From positions 48,112,001 through 48,176,000 of the forward strand of contig NC_087251.1 of the NCBI RefSeq assembly GCF_037042905.1: a DNA stretch of 64,000 bases, in the 5' to 3' direction. Positions 13,146 through 25,787 of this stretch are shown here, in pieces. Origin of the DNA: Lytechinus pictus. Lineage: Eukaryota. The number at the start of each line of letters is the position of its first letter. Position 1 is the first letter of the stretch. A program made the position numbers and the translations under genes. The notes beneath the pieces are model-generated. The model was not told the DNA's origin and made no database searches. It saw only the letters and a program-made list of their open reading frames with translations.

Positions 13146-14511
13146 TGCATAGAACAAGCGCACACCTACAGAATGATAATTAGTCATCTAAAAAGCTGTT
13201 TTTCACAACTATCTGAACACGATCACTTAATTTCATAAGAGAAGACTCAATAGTTATTCAACCCTTATAATTATTCTCACTAGTCTTGGCAAAACGTACC
13301 TATCATTTCCCATGCTTTATCAAATAGAACAGATATCAAGCAAACCTTACCTGGGCAATAGGAAGCGATATTTTCTGACATGATATCTATAAGGTATAAG
13401 CTATTAATCCGTGGATCACGGTAAAATGCTTCTGAGTGGCACGGAATATTGGTTGGATTAGGCTATACTTTGTTGAGGGTTTCTTTTCATGTGGAATGCA
13501 ATTATTTTATCGTTGTCTACATACCCCTATCTCGATCAGCCTCATCCGGTAAATGGAAATAAAATTAGGGAAATATCTTTTCCAGATCAAATGAAGAAAA
13601 AAAATGCTAGAAAATATGTTATTCTGAATACTAATGAGAATGGGGGATATGTAAGTAAAAAAAAGCAGGAGTATGTTCTGTCAGCATCAGAGAATAGTGT
13701 TGTATACAACATGGAATGGAGCACACGAAATTGTATTAGTTCATACCTCTTTTGTTAATCATGTTAATGAGAGATAAAGAATCAAGCATTTTTAAAGGAA
13801 TGTACTGGCTTCAATTCACAAGGGATTAGCTCGTTAATGATTAAAAAACCGAAATCAGGATTTCCAAGACTTCCTCATGCAAAAAAGACTAAGTAGCAAT
13901 AACAAACATGAAGACTATCATGATATTCAACATTCGCAACGTTACCATGACATATAATATGTTTTTTTGCAACAATATGCAACAGCGATGTTAGTAATGT
14001 GCGCTCAATTTCAACTTATTCAAGTGCACCTGTTCTTACAGCGTGTTTCACAGTAATGAAGATAAACGCACTGGTGGTTGTAGGTGTGCGTGTGCGTGTT
14101 TTAGGGTGTGTGTCTGTTGCTGTGTGTTCAACTTTTCACATAGAAAATTAATACAAAGTTTTGTCCTTGAAGTACAGGTAAATATATACATGTGTAAGTT
14201 TTGTGGTGATTACACTTCTGGTCTTATACAAAACAATGTGCATTTTATAACAACTCACAGTGTGAAATCAACAAGGAAAAACCACCATAGGATGAGTGAT
14301 GGGACAATTATCTATAATCTACAAACCGTATTACCAGATTTACATAAAGTGAATATAATATTGTGTATATATCTTTTTTATATTCTCATAATTTTTGGCA
14401 TTACAAGATGTTTTTCGGCTGGCGATGTTCATATCTTCATAAGATTGTTACCAGGTTTGTTTCCCATTCATTTACCATTAATTTCATTGCAAAAGACCTT
14501 AATTTTTTTCA

Positions 14512-14685
14512 ATTAATTACCCAGGATACCCATTTTAGTTGTAAGCTGTTCTCCCAGCGGGCCCTGCATAACATAATAATTTATGTTCTTATTAACCTTC
14601 TCCAATTTCATACGTCGAGCAGCTGACAAGAAGGCAAAAGGTCTTTGGTATGACCTGGTCGAGGATTGAACTCACGGCCTCATGA
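14512..14685 (-). mobile_element. tRNA-derived SINE with LINE-like 3' tail
   Basis: Minus strand: B-box GAGTTCAATCC, then GTCATACCAAAGAC, then tail GCAGGGCCCGCTGGGAGAACAGC...GGGTATCCTGGGTAA. Homologous to 21403-21600. Confidence 0.75.
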
Positions 14686-17328
14686 CTGACCTTTCAAGGG
14701 AATGAGGGGGAAGGGGAGGGGGTGCGCTGTAGAGGCTCCTTATTTTTTTAAGAGAATGATATTTCACTGAAATCCTTTAATATCGGGTTTATTTCACTCA
14801 TGCATCTGATTATTTTATGAAAATTGAAATATGCAAATATTTTTCTGCTCACAGCATTCGTACTCTCGCAAATTATCATCTCCAACGCAGATCACTATTT
14901 TTTATTTTCCTTTTTTATGAGAATGCTTCGAATTACCCCCCTCTTTGTGTTAATTCTTTGAATGCATGTTTAAAAACGATTCATTGTAGGTCTGAGTGCT
15001 ACCTTGCATGTGTAATGAAAGTACTATTTTGCGAATAGATTTGCCCTCCTGATTTATCACAATTTCTACCAGTTTGATATAATTCGTTTTCATCACTGTT
15101 ACAATCACAATCATTATCAATATAATTTTTATTAGTAGTATTGTTTGAGTTTTGTTATTATCGTTTATTATTAAGAACTATTTAGCAAAATCATAAGACA
15201 TAAGACATTATTATCATCATCGATAACAAGAACCAATGTGTGGTTAAATAATTATTAATTCATAATCATTAATTCTTCGTAGGATTTGAAGACCGAGATA
15301 AGGAAAGATAAAAAGTGAAAGGATGAGGATATTTTAGAAACGCACGATGATACAATTTAGTATGTGAGAAATTATTGAAAAGGCGGCGGATACCAAGTCA
15401 CGTGGTTCGTTTAACTATCGTATGCGACATGTTTGTGCCGCCATGCCGGATGTGACATGGGTTCAAATCAGTTTCTATCAATGCGTAATCGAAAGTATGG
15501 CGTAAAAGAGCTGTTCCAAAGCGTGCCCATATTTTTAACGAGTCTCATCGGGGACGTCTTAACTCACTTTCGCACCCTGGCCGTCAATTATGCCTAGAAA
15601 TCTGCTAAATGCCACCATGATCAGAGGGGGTAGTTAAAAGAGGGCACATGGCTGGATCCTCGACGAGAAAATACTTTGTGACATGTTATCCACTCGCCTT
15701 TCACACGCCCAGGGAAATGAAAGGGGAGAAATTGAAGCAAATCTTCGTCCAATATCTCCCGAAAATACGTCTAAGCTCAAACGGGATGCGCGAGTTAAGC
15801 CGAAAATTAATAGTTTCTCATGTGTCAGGGAAAGACACGAGGTGAAGTGGGGCAGCTAAAGGGGGTTGTCTCACCCGCCTTAATAGGTCTAGAATCCCTC
15901 TCCATCCTCCTATGCCAGGAATCTAATGGGGTAACATGATGAAAATGGAATTGATAATGGGCACAACCGGTAAAGCCAGCAGAAAATTGACGATTATTTC
16001 CTGGAGTAAATGAACTCTCGAAGTACAATAGCGATCATAATGATTCTCCTTTCTTTCTATTTCCCGGAAAGTCTAACTCATATTTCACTTTCTTTTGATA
16101 TGAGAAATATCTGTGAAACACGTGAAAAAAGGAGGGATGTCTTTCAGAAGACCATTAATATCGCAAATCAAATTTCATGTTATTCTACACAAAAAAACTT
16201 TGGTTTAATTGGACGAAAAGGACGACAGCGGTGTTAAATTTGTTATGCTGGTTCAACACCTGTATACATGGGTGTAATTACAACACCTTTGCTTGTTACT
16301 TTTACACTCTTTGGTGTTATTTTCAATGACCAGGGTGTGATTTTACCACAGTGTGTGGTTCTCTAGTTAAACCGATTGGTGTAAGTTTTAACGTTCCATT
16401 TTTTACCTTGAATCTGATCGACGTACAGCATTTTCAGATACGGGAATATGAAGGTGACATCATGATTTCAATAAAAAAAAAAGACAGAACATGAAGAAAG
16501 TAAACCTTTAAGAAATTAATCAATTAAGCATGTTAGAAGTTCCAACTAGGCAGCTTCTAAAAAGACTGTACACTCACGGTTCTCCAAGCTATGATTGCAG
16601 CCCCTACATAAATTGGCTCTAAGAAAATGCCACTGAATATCCAAGACATGTTCAACGAACATTATGGCTGAGAAAAAAAAATAGAACATGTGAGGTAAAC
16701 TGGAATTTCTCTAGTCACCAGTAATTTGTGCAGGCTATTCAATACCAAACTGTCATTCGATACCTCATATCGAAACACTCATTTTCTTTCCATTTCGTTC
16801 ATTGCTATCCATTGGAATGCGGCAGTCCCACCGGTTTATGCGACACAAGCCCGATATAAACTATTACGTTATTACCAATGACTGTCTATCGGTCGGTTTG
16901 AAGTAGGTTTCGTTGGTGTAACTGTAACCTAACCTGCCATGCATAAACGGAAAAGACTTTAATGGAGGAAGAACATGAGAAAGATGTCCATGTAGATAAT
17001 CCATGGAACAGTTTTTTTAGATTGAAGAAATAGCTCTTTCGTAGCTCTCGGCGGTTCGAAGGGGATCTCCGAGTACTGACAAGACGATATTTATTTGAGG
17101 GAAGAAATAACATTGCTTAATGAATGTCAAAATACATGAAACATGCTTTGGTACAATGATTTAGGACTGATAAACATTCTTCGAGAAAGCATGGAATCGT
17201 ATTCCGGACATATTGTATTATGATGCGCAATAAAGCGTGGGTATATGGTCGCTTTCTCCTGTAGATGTTCATTTTAATTGTTATGTTCGCAATACCGTTC
17301 CTTTACTTCTAACACAAATATTTATTTT

Positions 17329-18241
17329 CAGGGGCGGCGGAGCAAAAGACGAAAGTGGGAGGGGGCACTTTTCTTTCGAAAAGGGGAACTTAAACATGGC
17401 CTTATGCATAACTTTTTTCGCTGGGGGCAGCACTTGTAAACTTTTTGGGAAAAAACTCAAAATTGAGCTTACCATTGAAGCGCTTTTGCATTTTGTTAAG
17501 TGAAATTAATGGATTTTGAGCATACTTTTGGTGGAAATCTGCAGTAGAATAATGTGATTTTTCTCAATTTAGGGGGGGGGGGCAACTGCCTCTACCCCCT
17601 GCTGCGTACGGCCATGATCTTAAAACAAAGAAAAACGACTTATCTACCCCACTCACATGACTCATGAAATTTATTTTTCCAATTTTTTTTTTCAGGACAA
17701 CTTATCTGATATGAAGAACATGCACCTATGGGAATGCAAAGGGGCACTCGTTTACACAAAACAGGTCCTTCTTAGGCACAGAACACGTTCGTGGGGTCAC
17801 TTTTCTTGAGTAAAAAGGGGCACTGATTCGAGAAAGGACACTAACAAGAAGACGAGGGGCACTTGCTCAGACATAAAACGGCTCCTTCTCAGGTGAAAGG
17901 GGCACAGAACACATTCATGACGGGGATTTTTTTGGGGTTGAATTTGGCACTGATATGATATATGGCACTTGTTAACAAATATAACGGACCCTTCTTGGGT
18001 GAAAATGGCACAGAACACGTCAGTGAGGGGGCATTTTTTTGGGGAAAGATTGCACTTATACGAGAAAGGGCACTTAATAACACTTAAAACGGGCCCTCTT
18101 CCGATGAAAGCGGCACAGTACTATGGTGCGCGCGAGAAGGGCATTTTTCTTTCGTAAAAAGGGCACTTTTCAGTGCTTCAAAAAGTGTGTGTGTGGGGGG
18201 AAGGGGGGAACTACGTCCCCGGTCCCCAGGATCGCCCCCTG
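17329..18241. mobile_element. Non-autonomous DNA transposon with repeated AGGGGCAC motif (hAT-like)
   Basis: Ends CAGGGGCGG / ATCGCCCCCTG. Flanks TTTATTTT and TGTATTTT form an 8-bp TSD with 1 mismatch. About 10 A(G)GGGCAC-type motifs inside, and a probable nested fragment ending GCGTACGGCCATG at 17616. Confidence 0.6.
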
Positions 18242-18583
18242 TGTATTTTATCTCCTTCCATAACTCGTCTTTATATTCATTAATGTTTCAACATACAGTC
18301 CTCAAAATAAACTACTTAAAAAATATTCAGCAACCTGCAAGGTTGAATTATTAGGATAAACTAAAACAAAAACAATTACAACCGGTTAATTATCGAGGAT
18401 AGATAAAGAAATAAGAATGATTTTGTGCATACAAAATAAAGTAAAATACCTTTTCATAATCATCAAACAGAATAGTACTGCACTTTAAATTGCGCTTTAA
18501 ATTTTAATCGTATCCTTATCACCCAGCGGTTTCATTGAGGAACACAAGTTTATAATTTTAAAATTCCTTGAATAGGTTTTAAG

Positions 18584-19226
18584 AAACAAATAAGTGGAGC
18601 GCCTATGGCAGTCTCGCCTGCATCACACGATTCGATATAGCAGTGCTGACTTTGAAAATGACTACAAAATAATTATTCACAAAAAACACCATTCATATAA
18701 AAATATATAATTTTACGTTCATTGACCTTAAATGACATTTGACCTTGGTGACTATGTCCACATTTCATTATCTATATTCATAAACTGTTAAAGTTACGAT
18801 AGAAATTCAAATACCGCCAATATGGCAAAAGTTCATTGGCCTTTAACGACCTTTGACCTTGATCATGTGACCTGAAACTTAAGCATGATCTTCAGTAATA
18901 CTTCATCTACTAGGATCATATACTTTCTAAGTTATGATGGCATTTCAAAAACTTAACCTAAGGTTAAGATTGCGATGTTGATTCCCCAAACATGGTCTAA
19001 GTTCATTGACTCTAAATGACATTTGCCCTTGGTCATGTGACCTGAAACTCGGGCAGGATGTTAAGTAATATTTGATTATTGCTATGTCTAAGTTTCATGA
19101 ACTGGGTTCATACACTTATGATGTCATTTCAAAAACTTAACCTTGGGTTAAGATTTCAAGTTGACGCCGCCGCTGTCGGAAAAACAGCGCCTATAGTCTC
19201 GCTCTGCTATGCAGGCGAGACAAAAA
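18584..19226. mobile_element. Non-autonomous Helentron-like (HINE) element
   Basis: Subterminal IR GTCTCGCCTGCAT (18611-18623) / ATGCAGGCGAGAC (19209-19221), terminal hairpin GTCTCGC...GCGAGAC, A-run ends, and three internal GTTCATTGAC...GACCTTG repeats (18717, 18831, 19001). Confidence 0.75.
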
Positions 19227-21402
19227 CTTATTCATGATTCGTAAAACTGATATTTTTATTAGATTGAGAACACATATGCTGGTCTAATCACAATACCGTA
19301 AGAAACAATGATTTAAAACGCAATTTTTTTTTATATCATCTGGGTAATTGTAAGTCTGTATACCACAAGCTTAAACACGCACATGGAGAAAATAGAAAAG
19401 AGAGCGAGAGACTAAAGAGGGGTGAAAGGGGGGCGTTAAAGCTCTTTATCAAAAAAAGATGCCGCTGATGCAATATCTATTACGAGACACATAAGTCGCG
19501 AAATTCGGTCAGCAATTTCCATGACACGGCAGCATCATTTTCTTAAGTACTCAAATCGTGTAACACAATGAAAATGCCCTTTAAACATTAAAGCTTATGA
19601 TTTCAGACCACAACCCCATTTGCAGTCGTATTATATGATTATCTGGCAACCGCCATCTCTTTAGATGATAAACGTAATAATGCTCTAGCTACCCAAGGGG
19701 ATAAATCATGAATGTCATATGCGGAAGAGAAAATCATTCACATCTTACATTGCATTGCTACACGCAAAAGGCCATAGAATTATGACCATATAATTATGGA
19801 ATGGTTTGGTAACCCCTCTCGTTTGATGAGGCCATCTAAAAAAAAAAGAAGCTAGCGGCCACATTACTTTATTTACCGGACAACTCTTCCCGCGTTCAAG
19901 TTTTATTTTCACTGCTTACCGAAAACTCATTACACAGAGTTCGTCTACGGTGATGTTTCGGTTTGCAGAGTGAACTGCTTCTTGGTCTGAAGCAAGGCTT
20001 AAGAGCTTTTAGAGTTGTTGATGAATCAGCTCGAGTGTGGTTAATCGACATTTAACAACTCACTTTTAATTCTCGATGAAGTTTACTTTGCCCGAAGGTT
20101 TGGCTGTGACCTGGGCGAAGTCAAATTTGCGGTTTATGGCCACTCGCCACAGAATCTGATATAGCTGGAGTATATGTGGCAAATTAGAGTAAACGGGTAT
20201 AGGCCTACTTAAAGTTACATTAGATGACTACTGGAGATTAAACGCTTAAAGCTTGGCGATTTCAGAATGAAAGTCAGCAAGAAGTGTGTTTTCAGCATCC
20301 GCCTAGCAGAAAGTGCCACTTATTATCTTTATTTTCTTCAATTATTTGACATGTTCTTTGAGAGTAATTGTGTTAATAGTGCAGATAATGCCTTCAAAAT
20401 GGATTGAACTGCAATATAGGCATTGACCTGAGAGCATGCCTTTTGCGAAATACAGTCGTAGTTGATGCTTTTTTTATTATTTGATAGTAATTGCGTTTAT
20501 ACATCGTCCATGTGTTGTATATAGGATTTACTGTTTATAAGATTCTCTTCTATGAAGCCCACACATACAAAGGTGCCATATAACATATTTCTTTTAATAA
20601 CATTTTCTTCAATAAAGAACATATAGACAATAGAGAATCTATTTGAAATGTGCAACTGTAGAGCTATTTGTGGGAAGCTTCAGTGTTTTTGCGAAGGAGA
20701 AGTATACAATTTTTCAGTACACATGCATATAGTTCTAGTTGTACGAAAACATAACAAGGAATGGTGCATAATTAGGTACTCCCATTCTGGAAAATAATTA
20801 ACCTCTTTTCTCTAATTCTTCTTCCTCTAGACACAAAATACCCTCATTAAACATTCGAATTTAGATCCAGAGTCAATCTTTTCCTACAATTCAATTTTCC
20901 GAAAGACACTCAAGATTTCATCAGCTTCCTTAGTTATTAGCATCTTGTATCAATGTGTCACTACATGTCTTCTGAAAGATAAAAATTGAACCTCGAAAGA
21001 TAAAAGCTGGCGTTGATTTTAGCTTGATTAGATAAAATAGGTGTAATCAAAATAATGTAATCATTTTTCGACAGATGCATTGAATAAGATGTCGAATTCT
21101 GAAGAAGGGTTTTGATTGTTTTTTTTTTGCAAGATGAAGGTTGTGCTTGGAAAGAAATAATTCCAAGAGCAGATATCGAATGGTGCTCGAAATAGATACA
21201 GAAGGTTTTCCCAAGCCATTGCCTCTGGAATCAATATTGGGATGTCCCAGAAGCCACAAGTGGATTATTTAGCCACATGGCTGTCATGTATTGATCAGAA
21301 TGCTCAGAAAAATCATTGGAATTTATTAAAATTACGTTTTATCAGTTTCGCTGCTTTAATGTGCTGAATACATTTAATGTACTGAATACACACAATACCA
21401 GG

Positions 21403-21600
21403 CATGACGGCTCAGTGCATTAGCTGGATATCATGGGTTCGTGCCTAGTCCGGGGCATACCAAACACTTTTTAAAAGTGGACATTCTCCTTTTTTGACAG
21501 GCCCTCGACCTATGCGGATGGAGAATGGTAATAATAACATGTTATGTTAGACAGAGCCCGTTTTTAGAACATCTTACATCTGAAGTGGCTACCCAAGTAA
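21403..21600 (+). mobile_element. tRNA-derived SINE (same family as 14512-14685)
   Basis: A-box-like GGCTCAGTG, B-box GGTTCG, GCATACCAAACAC, tail CAGAGCCCG...GGCTACCC. Confidence 0.7.
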
Positions 21601-22807
21601 TGATTTGAAAGTTCGAGAATTTCATCATGCCGGTTTATGAAACGAATGTGCCACTAACAATAACAAATTTGCAGATTTTCCATGCTCGAACTCTAGCAAA
21701 AGTTGTAGTGGTCCCATTCTTGCAGATTGGTGTCACGCGTCTTGCCCGCCGTTACCATGGGAATGTTAGTGATGTGTGAAATCCTCAGGTGACACCAACG
21801 ATGGAAGTTCTCCAAAGTCCACTTCTCTCAGACACCCATGTATCCAGTTCATACAAGCGAAAAAGGTCGTCAAGTGCCGTCTTGATAAAGGGTCCTAAAT
21901 AATATATCGATTGTTTAAGCACGTCCAGGTTATTCATTCGTACATTTTTCTATTCATTGACTCCAAGGATGCATAAAAGTTCAACAGAAAGAGTAATACG
22001 ACTTTAAAGTTTATTTTGTTTAAAACAGCTATTGATTTTGCGGTGTGTTTGAGTCAAAATAATACTCCAAAATTCTAAGTATGTAACGTAAATGGATAAA
22101 TTATAAAGAGGAATCGATGAATCCGTAAAGTAAATAGATAAATGAAAATAAATGTTTCATTAAAATAAATAAATGAATAAAAATAAGATACATGATTCCC
22201 GATAGTAAATCAAGTTAATAGGCTGTTTATTTCCACACGCGTTGAATTATTATCTGATTATCCCGGTAATCTTAAAAAAAAAAAAGATAATGATAACAAT
22301 ACAAAAACGATATCAGTATCAATAAAAATAACAATGATGATAATAATGATTATTATAATGATAATAATAACAATATTGGTTACTTATATAGCATCTAAGT
22401 CCAGCTCGGTAGTCATGGCGCTATAATAAATGTATTTATAAATATAATTCAGTTACATAATATAATTTTTTCTTTAAAATATTTTCGTTGAAACTTTAAC
22501 CATAATTAATGTAACAGATAGAAGCTATGAACTATAGATGTATCACCTAAATACTGAGATTTATACATGTAGCCTCAATAAAAACAACAATATATCATAT
22601 CATATCTGAGCATTATGCAGTCATAGATGACCACACAGGTCATGTGGTCCAGTGGTTAGAGCATTGGACTCATAATCGCAATGTTGTAAGTTAGAATCCC
22701 TACTCTGCCATTGTCTCTACTTTAATTAAAAAAAAGGCCCGAGAGTAATATATGTCGTCTATAAAGTCAGCCTGATTAACCTGGACGTAAAATGTTTCCT
22801 AAATGGT

Positions 22808-25183
22808 CAGGGGCGGAAATCTCTCCCAAAAGGTAGGGGGGACACAGGGGCGGATCCAGCCTTCGCCAATAGGGGGGGGGGCGGACATTTTTTTCAGCCA
22901 TATTTTCCCGATCGGCAGCACGAAGATGATTTTTGGTTGTTTCTTTGAAGGGTTTGTCCTTATAAGTCACTTCTTAGCTTTATTCTTATAAATTAATATA
23001 TAATATCATAATACTTATTTATATGATGCGAACGCGAAGCGTGAGCTAATTTTTTTGGAAATTTTATTTATTTTTTCCTAAAATTTGAACCGATTCTGGG
23101 CAATGTTTGTTATCCTGAAAAAGATGTGTATGCAACTTAATAATTACTACGAACGCAACGCGCGAGCAGAAATGAATTGATGGAAAAGATACCTGTTAAA
23201 GGAGCATTTAACAATCAAATAATGCGAGCGCGAAGCGCGAGCTGAATTTTTTTTGACATTTTCACCTAAAGAATGGAAATTTTAAGCACTTTTTGTAACT
23301 CAAGCAGAATAGGTATATAAGTAAACGATTAATGCGAGCGCAAAGCGCGAGCGGAAAATTTTGAGATTTGGTCCTATAATATTTACTGAACGAGACACTC
23401 TATTCATGTTTTGTAAATCCTGAAAAGGATGAGTATTAATAATGCGAGCGCAAAGCGTTGAACTGGTACCTGTTGAAAAGGTACCTGTTAAGGACTGCTT
23501 TCACTTAGCCATGAAGGCGTTACATATTTCAACAATCAAAAAATGCGAGCGCGAAGCGCGAGCTGAAAAATTTTGAACTTTTTAAAGAAAGAATGAAAAA
23601 ATTTTAATCAGTTTTTGTAATAGCAGGATAGCTATATAATTTAACAATTGATGCGAGCGCGAAGCGCGAGCAGAAAAAATTCGAGATTTAGATCTAAAAA
23701 TGGGGCACTCTGTTCATGTTTTGTAAATCATCAAAAGTATGAGTAATATGGGGTCTTCCTACATTAATAATGCGAGCACAAAGCGCGAGCAGAAAAATTG
23801 TGATCTGAAACTGGATAATGATTTAAATTAGAGAACAAGTTGAGTATCTGAATAAACATGCGCGAGCGTGTTTCATATTTAGACCTAGAATCTAGGCATT
23901 CTAAATACAACTTTAATCATGAAAATCATGAAACTTTGATATTCCGATCTGAAAAAAGAGTCAATTTCAGCTTTATATTTCAAGCACTTTGTTGAAAAAT
24001 TGTAAGGTGGATATGGATCGCACTTAAAAAGAGCTGATATTATTACTTTGAGTTTTGACATAGGACCGGGACATCCTTACGACATGTCATCATATGAAAA
24101 TGATGACTATCTTCCTATTCCTCTTGCTAAGCGCGAGATGAAACAAAAGGGACAATTTAATTATTAAATTAATATCATATTTATTAATGCCTAATGAAGG
24201 CGCAAAATCTGATGATATCATGGCATAAAAACTGGACATTTCACTTTTGTGATCATGAATAGGATGCATCAGTTAATATATTTTTAACCATTAATGCGAG
24301 CGCAAATCGCGAGCTAAAATTTTTGATCAACTGTCATGAAAAGGGGATTTTAAGTAGTTTGTTGTATAATCAATATTGAAACATTTATATAACTCGCCAA
24401 TCAAAATGCGATTGTACAGCGCGCTAGCTGATACGTCTTGACAATCTGACCTGAAAAAGGGATATTTTGAAAACTTTATGGAATACACGAAAATAAAGTA
24501 CCTGATAAATCAAAATTTGCGAGCGCGCAACGCAAGCAGCAAATGTTAACATTCAGACAATAAAACTGACATTTTTACAGTGCACTTTTTAAAAACAAAT
24601 TTGTAAATTACACAAATTAATGAAAGTTCGATTTCCGAGGTGAAATATGTTTTGTATGTTGACTTCCTAATCCAAACTTGACATTCGAACTCCATATTGA
24701 ACAAGATATGTAAATCACCTAACAGGCAATGCGAGCGCGAAGCGCGAGCGAAAATTTTATATAGTGGCACGGAAGATACTTTTTATTTTCCAAGTCTTCC
24801 CCTCATCTTATTTTATGCACTCGTCGTCCTTCTCTTCCTTTTCTCCTCTCTTTTCCCTCCTTTTTTCCTTCTTTCTTTCCCTTTTGTCTTTTTTTGCTCC
24901 GCCAAGAGGGGGGGGGGGGGGGGGGGGGGCGGGCCCCTCGGCCCCCTGGATCCGCCTATGGGGACAAGGGGCGGGAAAATTTGACAAGCAAAAAAAAGGT
25001 TATCATCGCCAAAGTAAGGTCATCTCGTCCAAAAATACATGTTTTATTTCGATTTAAAATGATGTATTTCTTACCATCATAAAAGACCAAAAATAGTAGG
25101 GGGGACATTTGATATTGTGTCCCCCCTACTATTTTGAGTAGGGGGGACACGTCCCCCTGTCCCCCCTGGGATTTCCGCCCATG
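22808..25183. mobile_element. hAT-like MITE (8-bp TSD) carrying a nested element
   Basis: TIRs CAGGGGCGGAAATC / GATTTCCGCCCATG. Perfect TSD TAAATGGT at 22800-22807 and 25184-25191. Confidence 0.9.
22845..24960. mobile_element. 2.1-kb non-autonomous DNA transposon with periodic GCGAGCGCGAAGCGCGAGC motifs
   Basis: TIRs CAGGGGCGGATCCAG / CTGGATCCGCCTATG. GGGACA is duplicated on both sides. No ORF. Confidence 0.9.
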
Positions 25184-25254
25184 TAAATGGTTATACACCA
25201 ACTTGGCGTTTACCAGCAAAACGCTGTCCTGTCGAGTTCCTACGGGAGTTACCA

Positions 25255-25787
25255 TAAACAGAAACAGAAGTTACTTTCACTCGCAATAAGCACTTAACGA
25301 TCTTTATTCTTTAAAATAATCATATTCTTTCTAAACAGAAACAGAAGTTACTTTCACTCGTATAAGCACTTAACGATCTTTATTCTTTAAAATAATTATA
25401 TTCTTTCTAAACAGAAACAGAAGTTACTTTTACTCGTAATAAGAACTTAACGCTCTTTATTCTTTAAAATAATTATATTCTTTCTAAACAGAAACAGAAG
25501 TTACTTTCACTCGTAATAAGCACTTAACGCTCTTTATTCTTTAAAATAATTATATTCTTTCTAAACAGAAACAGAAGTTACTTTCACTCGTATAAGCACT
25601 TAACGATCTTTATTCTTTAAAATAATTATATTCTTTCTAAACAGAAACAGAAGTTACTTTTACTCGTAATAAGAACTTAACGCTCTTTATTCTTTAAAAT
25701 AATTATATTCTTTCCAAAGAGAAACAGAAGTTACTTTCACTCGTAATAAGCACTTAACGCTCTTTATTCTTTAATCTTTAAAATAAA
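25255..25787. repeat. 76-77 bp minisatellite, 7 units
   Basis: Units start at 25255, 25332, 25408, 25485, 25562, 25638 and 25715. Confidence 0.97.

Larger units (their letters stand above)
22638..25268 (+). mobile_element. tRNA-derived SINE interrupted by nested transposons
   Basis: tRNA-like head GTGGTCCAGTGGTTAGAGCATTGGACTCATAATC...GTTAGAATCCC. The body continues after the TAAATGGT duplication to an ACAGAAACAGAA tail. Confidence 0.65.

Noticed and set aside
23028-24750. CRISPR-like repeat/spacer array
   Set aside because: Spacers are 60-100+ bp and homologous to one another, the array lies inside a TIR element, and there are no cas genes in this eukaryotic context.
25255-25787. CRISPR array
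   Set aside because: Whole units repeat, with no unique spacers.
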